Assembly: GCF_018977255.1 (NCBI RefSeq)
Contig: NW_024704742.1
Coordinates: 58,902,001-58,966,000 of the forward strand
Length of the DNA: 64,000 bases
Direction: 5' to 3'
Source: Callorhinchus milii
Taxonomy: Eukaryota
Shown: one piece after another, positions 48,820-61,478 of the stretch
Layout of the letters: each line of letters opens with the position of its first letter
Position numbering within the stretch: position 1 is the stretch's first letter
Made by a program: the position numbers and the translations under genes
Notes under the pieces: model-generated
Databases searched by the model: none
Seen by the model: the letters and a program-made list of their open reading frames with translations, nothing else
Told to the model about the DNA's origin: nothing

Positions 48820-49050
48820 AATCTGGATCTGGAAGCAGTGGGGGACAGGGATTTGGGAACAGTGTGGGACAGGGATCAGGGAAGAGTGGAAGACAGGTAA
48901 CTGGGAACAACGTGGCAGAGACTGGGAAAGCTAGGGGAGGAAAGGAAGAAATAACGCAGGACAGAGAAGCTGAACAAAACAGGCACTGGTGAATAATGGA
49001 AAATAGGGATCCAGAAACTGTGTGGGACAAGGAATATAGTGTGGGAACAG
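48820..49050. repeat. degenerate 24-bp minisatellite
   Basis: GGAAGCAGTGGGGGACAGGGATTT / GGGAACAGTGTGGGACAGGGATCA / GGGAAGAGTGGAAGACAGGTAACT, decaying to the right. Confidence 0.7.
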
Positions 49051-49325
49051 AGGAAGATATAAAAACAGGCAAATAGGAGAAAAATAGAAATTTTTAAAAA
49101 GAAATATAAAAATTGCACCGACCACTGCTCCAATTGTACTTTCCAAGTATCAATCTCTGAGATGTAATCCAATTTAGTTTTGAAAGGAATAGGGCGAGCG
49201 AGTGCATGCAAAAGAACCTTAAAACAACAACAAAAACAACAAATTGCATTTATATAGTGCCCTTTCATGTCAGGAGGTGCTTTCAGTCTCCAATGAGTCA
49301 GAAGAGGGGCCATCACTCTAAACGA

Positions 49326-49740
49326 TGTCAGCCTGGCTCAGTTGGTAGCACTCTTGCCTCTGTGTTAGATTGTGGGATTCAAGCCCCACTTCAAGACATT
49401 GAACTCTAGACTGATATTTCAATTCACTGCTGGGGGTGTTCTGTGTTGTCTGAAGTGTCATCTTTCGAAAACCGAGGCCCCGTCTGCTTAGTCAGGTGGA
49501 CGTTAAAGATCCCATGGCGCTGTTTGAAAAGAACAGGGAATTTCTCCCATTGTCCTGAATAGCCATCCCGAAATAAAATTGATTACTCATTTCATGGTTG
49601 TTTCTGAGTCTTGCTGTACAGAAATTGGTTATTGCATTGGCCTACATAACATAGAGTCACTGCAGTTTACATATATCCTCTAAAGCACTTTTGTATGTTC
49701 TCCTGATGTGAAAGATGCTATGTCAAAGGATTATTATTAT
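49326..49740 (+). mobile_element. SINE family B, full length
   Basis: Head, CAGGTGGACGTTAAAGATCCCATGGC Deu-like block, (ATT)n tail. Confidence 0.9.
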
Positions 49741-50899
49741 AAACAGTATTATGTCCGAGGGTGATTGACAAGAATCTTTAATATGCCACGGTTTGATCAT
49801 CCCTCTTGGCCAGCTTGTTTGCAGTAATGCACGCGCGCTCCCTCCTCCTCAGAGCCCAAGCCCAGACCAACATTTGTCTGAGTACAAACTTCAAACATCC
49901 CGACTGACCTTTTTTAAGTATGTAAAAAGGAGGAAAAAATGCCCCAGCAATTAAAGTCACTGTCATTTTCTTTAATAAATGCCATACCAAATAACCAGAT
50001 AACTTAACATAAAAAGTGCTGCACATGAAAGGAATTATACACATGAAGAATGTTTTTATAACTTTCAAATAAATGTAGCCCTGTCGAAGTGTTAAAAAAA
50101 AGTATTGTTTCTTTAAGCCACTTCATCAAAAGCTTTAAATTGAGTGGATATGATTGAATCACTTTCTGCCTCGGGTGCTCAAAGAAATTCCTCTTTGAAT
50201 CAGTTTGACAACACACTGAGCACACTGAGCACACTGCCTGAGTCTCCAGCGAGGAATGTGAGGAGCCCCACTGCTTCCTGCTGTCAGGAAATGAAAAGGG
50301 GAGTGGAGAAACCTGAATAGGCGACATGGCTGGCCTCAGCCCTGCCCCTTCAATTTAGTTTGAAATAAAACAAATTTAATTACGCTGATTACTAAAACCA
50401 TTTCTTTCTTCACAAGCCACATTGACAGCATTAGAACAATCAGGCAAATCTGCCCTTTACCCATTTACATTCTGTTGTTTGAAAGCTCTGTGTAATAAGC
50501 TTGGACAAGACCTGTTGTTTGTTTTGGCCTCTGTTTTAATGTTGCAATTATTCTTTAGTTCCAGCTAAAGATTCATGCATTACTCTCCTCGTATAATAGT
50601 AATAATAATAATAACCGTTGCATTTGATACAGTGCCTTATCATGTTGTTGAGATGTCTTAAAGTGCTTCACAGGACACTGTAAAGTGTAACTGTGTTTTG
50701 TAGGCGAAATGCGGTATCCTCTTATAGTATCCTCTAACAGAGTGCTGCTTCTCTTATAGTCAGAGAGTTAACCCTCAATAACTGGAAGTTCAGTACACCC
50801 AGCTTCCTGCACTGAGTAGCCAGTCTCCCACGCTAAGAAAGATAATGCTTGTGTTGTCCAGTCACAGGAAATCCTGTTGACATCACATCCGGTGTGCCG

Positions 50900-51190
50900 A
50901 GCATGGTCCCAGCCTTCTCGGGATGAGCAAGGGAAAAAATCAGCCAGGGTTCCTGCTCCTGGTCCCTCTACAGCACCCTGTTCTGGTCATCACTTATGTG
51001 GGAGACTGCTGCGGAAAGGTGGGGTGCCCCCTAGACGAGTGGTCTGTTGGCAATAACTGCCAAGGCTCACACATGTACAACAGTGGGGCAACATAGGTCA
51101 ACCAGTGCCTGTGGAAACACAGCCCAGCAAGAAAAGGTCAGACCAGGAGCAGAGAGCCTTACAATTGGAGAAGATTAGAAAAAAAATTGG
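50900..51190 (+). mobile_element. LF-SINE-like 3' half
   Basis: GGGAAAAAATCAGCCAGGGTTCCTGCTCCTG, AGGCTCACACATG, CCCAGCAAGA. Confidence 0.75.
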
Positions 51191-52977
51191 ACATGCTAAA
51201 TTTCTTTCAATGATTTTAAAATGATAATTATTCTTACAATAGATAGAGCGCCTATAACATCAAAACGTCTCAAAGTATTTCATGGTAATTATTGTTAAGA
51301 TTGGTGACTTTGTATTTGTAAGGCAAATGCTGCTTTCAATTTGTGCACAGAAATGTCCCCAAATAGTCAGGAGGTGAATGATCAATTTAATGGTCAAGAG
51401 AACCTCTCTGCTCAATGATTTGTCAGTTGCACTGACTTGGTCTCACCTGCTACGACTTGGGGTTCAGCATGAAACAAGGGGGCTATTGATGTTATGTGAG
51501 TGTAATGAATATTCCCTTTATAAACACACAATGAAAATAGAGGTTGCTTGCAAGCAATACCTGATCCTATGTGTGGAATCATAGCTGGGGGGGCAGACAG
51601 CTGTTGCCAACAGGCCAACAGGCCAAACATTTGGATGAGATAACAGAATTTTTAGGGATTCACCCTTAGCAAGCACATGATCCTCTCATACTGAGCCATC
51701 CTCAGTTGTGCCTCAAACCACAAAGTGCACGTGGAGCCCACCTGCTGGTATCTCGGTGGGATGCACTGTCAGGCTGTGAACTTACTATTTTATATGCAAA
51801 TGATATCCAACAAGCATAAGCACCAGAAGCCCTCACTTTGCAAGAGGTCAGAACATATGCATTTTTTCTTCCCAAGGACTGCTTTAATTTCACTGCGATG
51901 ATGTTAATTAGTACATTGAAGTGTTAAGCATCTCCATAAAGACAGTGATCTAATTATTTCAGCCTTTAGTTTACTACAGCGCTAAGACATGTTGAAGATC
52001 TTAACCATTAAAAATGTCGATAAAAGAAACAATCACTTGCACAGCGCAGAAAACAATGTCACTTTTGCTCTGGGCCAAAGCTGAGATAGTGCCGGGTGGT
52101 TGATGGTGGGGGGATGTCATCTTTTATTTCAATCTTGCAGGACCACTGTAGGAAGCTACCTTGGAGGAGTGGCCAGATGGTTCATAACACTGCTTGGCAC
52201 TTGTGCTTGGATTTCAAGCGCATAGAATAGCTATAAGATTGAACTTCACCCTGTGGATATCGGAATAATGAGAACGACTTATGATTCAGGGCAATTCTTC
52301 ACAATCTGTTTATTTCACTCTAAAATTGCAATGACTAAACTCACAAATCAGGGCAACTCATGAATAAGATCAACATAGTCTAGTCTGTCGATTGCCTCCA
52401 TACAACAATATCTTGCATTGATATAGGACTCTTCATGCAGAATAACATCTCAGAGTGCTTTTCAGTGGTGAGGTGTATGCTTATCAAAAGGGACGTAAGA
52501 GGTGGGGAAAGGGAAATAGGGAAGTGATGATTGAATTAATGCCATAGATCAGCAGTGAGTTTCCCCTGTAAATTAGGTGGATATCTTTTTATGTGACCCT
52601 TTCTTAATTAATTTCCATTCACAATATAATAAAGGGACAGAGGGCAGCTTAATCACTTTCTGTACCATGCTCACATGCTCACCTTGTATTTCACAATGAT
52701 ATTGTTGCCATTGGAAAGAGGTTGAGCTCCTGCAGAGGTGACGTGAACACTTATTGCAGCTCATATGATGCCACAAAGTCCTTTATGTTTCATTTATTGT
52801 GCCATTGCAGGTAACCCTAACTTTGGTTGCAGTCGGGTGAGATAGGTGAGGCAATGTTGTTGACTTTGGAGTGTCCAAGACAAACCAACTAATGAAGTGA
52901 TTTTCTTGGCCATTGCATTAGAGTCACACTCGGCATCTTAGATTTTTTTTATATATCAACACAGCAACAACAATTTG

Positions 52978-53280
52978 ACTAATTTTCCTCCCTCCTTCTG
53001 CCTGATGGAACTCATTGTTGCTTTTGTACGTTTCTTTCCTTGTCCAAGTGTCCGTTCTTCACATGTCTCAACAGTGAACGTTAGTGAGCTATTTGACTAT
53101 AGAGAGCACCACAGCTGAGTTCATTCCTATCGTCACCTACCACCAATCCACTTTCCAGTAAACTAAATATTAAAGAGTGGCAACCCTGACTGAATATATT
53201 TGTCCCTTCCTATTCTAAGAGGTTCTGGGAACAATTATAGTATCCTTTGCTGTCTATGCTGCAACCAGCTAAGTCAGCAA
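52978..53280 (-). mobile_element. LF-SINE-like element
   Basis: CCAAGTGTCCGTTCTTCACATGT..ACAGTGA, CACTTTCCAG, AACCCTGACTGA, CAGCTAAGTCAGCA in antisense order. Confidence 0.75.
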
Positions 53281-56200
53281 ATTAGAATATAGAGCACTGG
53301 AGAAGATCATCGTAGGCCATCTGGCTAGTCCTGAAGTAAAAAACAATCTTACGTTTAAACAATTTTTTTTTACAAATAGCTATCCAATTCCCTCTTGTGC
53401 TGTGTGTTTCTTTTTAACTTACAATTTGATTGCTTGGCACAGAACAATGTAGTCTGAAGGTCAGAAGGTTGTGTTTTAAGGCCAGCACTGATACTTCAGC
53501 ACAATCCTGGGGGCGTGCTGTATTGCCCGAGGTGCTGCCTTTTGGATGGTACCTTCATTCGCTACACCCATAATCTCTCCATGTCTCTCTCTCTCCTCCT
53601 CCTCTTCCTCACTCCCTCTTTATCTATCTTCATACCTCACCTTAAATCCCATCTCTTTGACCATGCCTATTGTTACCTTCCCCTCTTTCTCCCCTTTTAC
53701 ATGGCGTCCATCCCTGCCAATGTGAAGCACTCCTAGATGTTATCCTATGAGTAGGGCACCATATAAATGCAAGTTGTTGTTGCTGCTGTAAACTTCAAGC
53801 ATTTATCCAACTCCCTTTTAAATGTTGCTATGGACTTCACTTGGGAATTCTTGGGATTTTTCTGGAAATTATTTTAACCAGAGAAATGACTGATGTTGAA
53901 AGTAGCCTGCAGTTTGGTATTCTCAGTTGGACGTTAAAGATCATGTGACACTATTTGACAAGAAAACAGCATTTCCCCTGGTGCTCTGACCACCAATTGT
54001 TTTGTCATCCCATGGCTGCCTGTTCAAACATCTTTCCGATGTGGAGGGCGCCATACAAGAGTAATTTGTTGTTGTTGTTGTTGCTAGTTCAGACGACTGC
54101 CTTGTTTGCCAACAAAAAAAGGCCGAAGTCACGACACCAATTTCTTGCTTAAGAGCTTTTGATGTGATAAGATACTGTATAACGCAATTTCTATCTTTCT
54201 AAAAAAATATATATTTCTCTCCCCAATGTTCGCATCTAGGCATGCTAAAAATAAAATAATCATGGCATTTAATCCTTGTTTCCTGTTGGCTGTGTTCCTG
54301 GCCTTCATGTTCACAGGTTCAAGCAAAAAGAGATGACTTCTATTTTTATTGTGGGCACTGGAGGAAGGGACATGGGGTTTTATATACATCTGGAAGCTCA
54401 GAGACTCTCCTGATTTAGCATTTTGCTGGAAACAATGTAACTACTTACTCCTCGAAACAACTACTCGTACCATTGAGCTGGCAGAATATCATTCTCACTT
54501 TACTTTTATATTTATTGTGCAGTAAGAAACTGTGGGGGCACTTTACTTATATAGGATTGTAGAAAATTTACAATATAGGAGGGTGTCATTTGACCATTTG
54601 ACCTTCTAGATGTGAGATAGGTAAAGAGATATCGCTCACAAGAGATACCTGCTCTAATTTCACTCCACGGCTCATTTCCCACTCCCTTTAACATTACTTT
54701 TTCTACAGGATTTCTCCAATTTCCCTTTTAATGCTGTTATTGACTGCCGGTGCTTGCCAGAGATTTTCCCCTAGATTTGTTTAACTGGGAAAATAATTGT
54801 GAACCTGGAGTTTGATATCTTGTGACACACTCTTCTCCAGTCAGTCACACAGCCTTATCTGAATCTCCACTAGGTGTTCAGGATATTTTGCTCACAACAC
54901 ACATGCTGCTTCCTATTGTTTGAGCTGTGGTTTGCTTTCATCACTTCTAAGAAATGTAATTTGGATGTGCCCATTTTTATGGGGCTAACTTTTAAATATC
55001 ATTTATGTGCATGCAACTTGCTCCTGACTTGAAATGCTAAATGTCTGCAAGAATAAAATAGATTCAATGAACTCCTCAGACCATGATATGCTGCATCAAT
55101 CTGTGAAGGATTAGAGTGTTCAAGCATATCAGCAGGTCCTGATGAGATGTAGTTTAGTTGCCTGACTAGTCAGTAAACATTTGCCATGTATTGTTTGAAC
55201 ATGTAACTGAAGGGAAGTAGGGTATGTGAGATTATGCAGATGAGATGGGCTTGGTGGTTGCAATGCCTTAGATTTATAGCAAAAATCTGCCTACATTAGT
55301 CATGGATCCAAGCTTTCTTTAATGTAGGGATAAGGTCTGCATTGGGGTTACTTTGGATGAGTTTTGACTTCAGAGTTGCCCAGTCAGGTAACACACAGAT
55401 TGACAGGTGTAGCAAAAGATAAGGCCTGAACCTGCTATAAACTAGATTTGCTCCATTAAAGAGGAACATTGATGTCAGGATACATGCTTCACAAGAAAGT
55501 ACTTACTTCCTGTGTCTTTTTTGGGGTCAGCTGGTGTCTTAAGCATGCTTAAGAGTATCCAAACCAAACTCAAAATTCCACGCACCCCACTTCACATGGA
55601 AATCCCAGAGATACATTGTTGGAATGGAATGCGCACTCTCTCCCTGGAGGGAGGCATCCTGCTTACCCAATTCTGGAAAGTATAAGGTGCAGATTGGTAA
55701 GAGCCAAGGCTTGAGGACCCCAAAGTGTACATTGTGGTACTGCTAGAGTCGAACCAGCTAAAACACCATAGCTTCCTCTTGATACCACTGTTGGCAAGTT
55801 TTACTGGTGCTTGTCCAGCTAGGACCACCCTACCAATTATGGCTTTGGCTTGCAGGGTTAACAGGAACTGAATGGGATTACACCCTGCCCCCAGTGACTG
55901 CTCTGCACTTCTAAGTCCAGCCGATGACCCAGGCTGGCTTTCCTGTCATCAGCAGTGCCTGGAGTACTGTGGATCCGCTTGGCTCAGGAACTGGACTACC
56001 AAGACTGCCACAGAGGACTAGCTTGATTCGGACATTCTGTTGCCAAACATGTCACCTCAAGCTAGTTCAGTTCCAAAGAGACCCTGCTTACCTTCCCGCC
56101 TGTGTCTCAAATATCACCATCATTGCGTTTGGCAGAATTTCATTAGGCCTGGCAATTCTAGTTTTAAAATTAAACTATCCAAAGTTACCACTTTCTCTGG

Positions 56201-56539
56201 CATCTAAACTCAATAAGAGCAGATTCAAAAACCGAATACTAGGTTCCAATCACTAGCCTCCACCAAACTTTATTTCTGCTTAAAGGATAAACTCCAAGGG
56301 TTTTTCTGCTCAATCCAACTTGTTTTGTCCACACAGGATCTACTTATTTAAAATAAAGATTACCTGGTTAAAGTGGAGTTGGAAGGAAGATAAATTTAAA
56401 AACTGGGACTCTTAGCATAAAACCCCAACTTGAATTTACATACTGCAGTATGAAAGATGACAACTTGGTGCAATTCACAGTGTTGAATGGTGACTAGGAG
56501 AAGTGGGGGGTAGGATTTAAGGAGGGAGCAACTAAAGGT

Positions 56540-57170
56540 TTGTCCACCAATGCCAAGTCCGAAGGATGGGGTACAAGCCCCATGTCTGGAATTTGAACTC
56601 AGGTAGTCCAGGCTAATCCATCAATGATCATGTTAAACTGAGGTCCTATCTGCCTGGTCAGGTAGACTTTAATGGCACTGTTCAAAAAAAGTGAAGGGAA
56701 TTTCTCCCAGTGTCCTGGGCAGCAATCCCCCAGATTAAAATCGGTCATTTACTTAATGGCTGTTTGTGGGATATTGCTGTGAACAAATTGTTTGGCACGT
56801 TCACCTACAAAATAATCGGTCACCACACTTTCCTGTAATTTCAGGCAGAAGCAAACAATTGGTCCATCTAGTGTACCTGTCATTTTCCCGTTTTCCCAGA
56901 TTCCTTAAATAGTTCCATTTCTAAATCTAATAAACACTTAAAATACTTATTAGTATAGCCTGTAAAGCGCTTTGAGACATCCTCGTGACGTGAAAGGTGC
57001 TATATAAAATAATATATAAATAAAGTGCCTGATCACATCGTTGAGATATCTCAAAGTGTTTCACAGAAAATACTAAAGTAGATTGACTATGTATTTTGTG
57101 GGCAAAATGTGACAGCCAATTGAGCACAGTGACGTCTCACAAATAGTCGCGAATGACCAAATTATTTATT
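56540..57170. mobile_element. SINE family B (+, to ~57005) tail-to-tail with a family A 3' part (-, 57010-57170)
   Basis: Two opposed tails separated by ~20 AT-rich bases. Confidence 0.8.
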
Positions 57171-57990
57171 TATTTTAAATTCTTTATTTTTTGTTAATCT
57201 AAAACATTCATGAATGATTTTCATCACAGAAAGACTTTCGAACATTTGTGACCATGCCAAAGATGTGTTTACCTGCAATCTTTCAAAGCAATAACATTTC
57301 TTTCCATAGAACTAGGACAACTGAAATACATCAGCCCAGAAAGATGCTGGAAGATTATCATCAATGTTGTGGCTGACTTCACAAAGAAACACTGCTGACG
57401 ACAGTCTCTACAAAATCTTTTATTTTAAGCAGGGGAAAGTCAACCCCGGCATTTTATTAAACAGGACTCTAAATTCATCAGGGATTTTTTGTAAGCCATG
57501 CAATTTTCAATCTTTAAATGCAGCCTCTGTCTGATGACTTGTCTGCCATTGTTTGGCACCTACTTATCATCCTAGCAATTTAAATTCTAATCCAATTATA
57601 CTAGAAGTCCAAAATACCAGACTATTTCCTATTCATGCTACATTATCCCAATGCATGTCCGAATAAAGCCAATTTAATATCGTAAATTGTGCCAGGTTAA
57701 AACACTTAAGGCAGCCCATGCCAGTCATTAGTACTGTGAATACATCAGCACACAAACAGTCTGGAACATCAAGTTAACCCTGAAATCTCTTTCCTCCTCT
57801 TTTTGCAATATTGATGTTAATCTTTAATTCTTGCTTCATATTCATTAAGCACGAGAACGCCTGACTCAGGTGTAGATTCTATAGAATCAGTCTGGTTGGA
57901 ATACCAATGCCTGAGTTAGCAGCAGTAGGAAAAGAGGTGCCCAAGGGGTGGCGCTATCAATGCAGCTCCACATCATTTACTTCATGTACA

Positions 57991-58340
57991 GTGGAGTCCT
58001 GTAGCATTTTGGTTGGAGCACTCGCATTGCAAGCGAGAGATCCTGGGTTCGATTTCAGGGCAGGGCAAAACAATAGGCAAGTTTCTTTACTCCACACATC
58101 TCTGTTTACCTAGTAGTAAGTAGGAACCTGGTTGTTAGTCAAGTGGTGGATCACTTTTCCGGGGGTAATAATCCCCTCAAAAAAAAAGAAGAATTTGGTC
58201 ACTCAATCCAGTGTTTGTGGGACACTGCTGTGCGTAATTGTCCCACAAAATATGCAGTCCAATCAACTTCATAATATATTCTATGAAGAAATTTCTCAAT
58301 GACATGATAAGGCGCTATATCAAATACAGGTATTATTATA
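57991..58340 (+). mobile_element. SINE family A, long form
   Basis: GTGGAGTCCTGTAGC head to TATTATTA tail. Confidence 0.92.
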
Positions 58341-60043
58341 AAAACTAGAAATAGATGGTAAAAATAAGGTGTGAAAATAATGAATTGTATTTTTAGCCAC
58401 TGAAATCAGCAGATTTGAAATTTGTCAATTTCAGCAGAATATTTCAACTGTGTATTGAAAACCAATCAATTGGTGACAAGTTGACTTAAGGAGAAACATT
58501 TTTGCTACCAGTACATGAACATGCTGTTAATTAAAGTCTGTCTGGGATTGGTGTGAGGGACCCTTTAAGGTTTACGTCTGTCTAGGTGAATAAAGGCAAA
58601 TAACGTGCTGCTACTATGGAAATAGTACAGTGCTGCCATGTGTTCCTTTTGGCTCAATGCTGTTTGCATAAACAAATGCTGTGCACATTTTAGTCAATGT
58701 TAACAATGCAGGGAAAGTGCTGGCACATCGACTGCAGCAACCCCCCTCTCCCTCCCCACTCCCCAGGCGTACATCAATAAAGCAGCTTAAAGCACATGTA
58801 ATGGAATGTGGCTTTATCGGTGAGCGATGTGTGAAGAAATATGAAATGCAGCATGAGGCCAAATGAACTTATGTATTGAGCATGTCATGCATTGAAATGC
58901 AGAGGATGGATGGGTATTTGGCTGTAATCTAACAATTCTGATGACATATTTCTACAAGAGATTAAAACTCAGATGTCAAGTATGTTTAGTTGTTTTTGCA
59001 ACCTACATAGGTTGCTAGTTTGTAAACATAACATTTATGGTAATATTGGTGCTGAAAATACTAATTAAATCATAGGTTTCTACATAATAAATCAGAGTTC
59101 AGTTGGACTGCCTGCAGTTTCTTGTACCTCACTGTATAAAATGAGTTGCATTGGTTGCAGAGTGCATCGCATTGCATTGCATGAAGCGCTGAATCAGCAA
59201 AGCAGTTCTCTGCTTCTTTGTTGCCCTTGGTCTATCTGTATACATCTTCATCCACAGCATTAAATTATGCTTCACATCCATGCATTTTCTGTAAGATGAA
59301 GTGCAGTATGAACCAAGTGAAACAAGAAGCACATATGACTGGAAATCCATCTGCTTTGAACCAAACCTGTATCAGTTATAATGAATATCAATTAGTCATA
59401 TATGCTTCAGGTTAGAAATGATAGGTCTTTTTTTCCACAGAGATAAGGTTCAGTAGAGCTTAATGATTATTTGGGCTACGTGTGGAATTAATACCCAGTT
59501 TCAAAAAATGATTTAACGTGCACATATATATGGCAGCAAATGGTTAACGTTTGTTAGTTTACATTATCAGAGATGTCTGAATAACATACAACACACAATG
59601 TGCTTCAGATGTCTGTAAACATTTATCTGTTGCCTCTGCTATAAAGGTGTCACACTGTGATTGGACTTATTGCAAAAGACACTCAAGGACTTAAGGGGGC
59701 AGTTATAGCTTTCAAAGGTGAATGGCTGCATTAGTTGCTTCAAATCTATCCTGAACGTGGAATGAGTTCTAACAACGAATAGTGCATATGAATGCTTGTT
59801 ATTAATGTCTTCATAAAATCCCAGACAAAGTCCACTTATTGTTTAGATCGCACATAAAATTGTTGCTTAAAATAGTAAGGTGGCTATTTTAGGACAATTT
59901 TATACGTTGCATTGACACAGAGATTGTTAAATATTAGCATTTGAAGTAGGAATCCAAAATCGTTTAACACTCAATCGCTGTAATTGGTTAGGTTACTTAC
60001 ATTTGAAGTACATATAAGGTGCCTAATGGAGTAATGCCTTATG

Positions 60044-60328
60044 CCTTAGGCAAGTTTCCTTACTCCACACATCTCTGTTTACCTAGTAGATACAGGAACC
60101 ATGTTGTTTTTTGGTTGGTTGTTTTGTTTCAGGGGTAATAATCCCTCCAAAATAAATTAATTATTTAAAAAATAATAATTTGGTCACTCAATCCATGACT
60201 GCTTGTGGGCCACTGTTGTGCACAATTGGCTGCCGCATTTCGCCCCTAAAAATATACAGTCACTTAAAGACATCTCAAAAATGTGATAAGGCACTATATC
60301 AAATGTAAGGATTATTAGGATTATTATT
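60044..60328 (+). mobile_element. SINE family A, long form, 5'-truncated
   Basis: Starts at CCTTAGGCAAGTTTCCTTACTCCACAC. Confidence 0.88.
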
Positions 60329-61080
60329 GGAAAACTGAATGCTTTGTAGCTCACAACATGTCAGAAGCAAGTTCAAAACTTGATCCATTGTTAGAAGCTT
60401 CAAAAACTTATCTGGAGGGAAGCAAGGAAGGCAGTAAGACACTGAGGGATGAGTAAACTGTTGATCTCCAATTGCCAATGCTGCACACATGACCAGGGTA
60501 ATAGAATATGGCCCTTACAAAAAATTAGAAGTCCAGGATGTAGCATAGTACAGCCCACTTTACCAGTCACAGAAGATTGGCTGGCAGAATAATATTCATC
60601 AAAATCCAAGCATGCACTCTTCTGTTATCGAGGTTTCTCATCCGTCAGCATTGAGACATCTGGAATTTCCATGAGAGGTTTTATTCCATGAATGCGAATT
60701 ATAAAGCAGAAAATGTAGCTTTTAGTTTCCACTTCCATCAATAACAATTGGCCAGCAGAATATTATTGTCTTCTGTAGAAATTGGAAATGCCTCCTCCTC
60801 CCCATTCAGTTGTATGTGACAACGTCATACAGATCGGCTGAATATTTCACAAATGTAACATTTTCCATTCTGCACAGCTGGATCTACAGTGCAAAGCTGC
60901 ACATCATGTACAATTTCAATCAGAAAAAAATGAAACTGCACTATGAAAATGTACCACCATTCTTTACAAAAGGCAAATGCTGATAAGCTCATTTTTATTT
61001 AATGTTACTTCCAAGTAACTTTGAGAAGAATAAGAATCAAAATAGATGTTGAAAAATTCCTTTGTACAACCTGCTTTGTG

Positions 61081-61478
61081 TGTCAGCCTAGATGTTGGTA
61101 GTACTTCTTGCCTCTGAGTCAGAAAGTGGTGGGTTCAAACTCACGTTGGGACTTGAACTCAAATAATCCAGGCTGACATTCCAATGCAGTTCTGGGGGTA
61201 TGCTGCATCGTTTGAGGTGCCGTCTGTTTGTTTGTTCGGGTGGACATTAAAGATTCCACGGCACTGCTTGAATAGAGAAGGGAGCTTCTCCCAATGTCCT
61301 GGCTAACAATCCCCCAGATAAAATTGGTCATTCAAGACATGGCTGTTTGTTGGACATTGCTGTGTATAAATTGGCTGCTTCATTCACCTTACAAAATACA
61401 CAGTCCCTAAATATTACAATAATTCCCATGAACCCTCTCGCTGTGAAAGGCGCTATATCAAATGTAAGGATCATTATT
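61081..61478 (+). mobile_element. SINE family B, full length
   Basis: TGTCAGCCT head, Deu-like middle, GTGAAAGGCGCTATATCAAATG tail. Confidence 0.9.

Noticed and set aside
55537..55554. Perfect 18-bp palindrome TCTTAAGCATGCTTAAGA
   Set aside because: One such palindrome is not unexpected in 64 kb of AT-rich DNA, and it has no supporting context.
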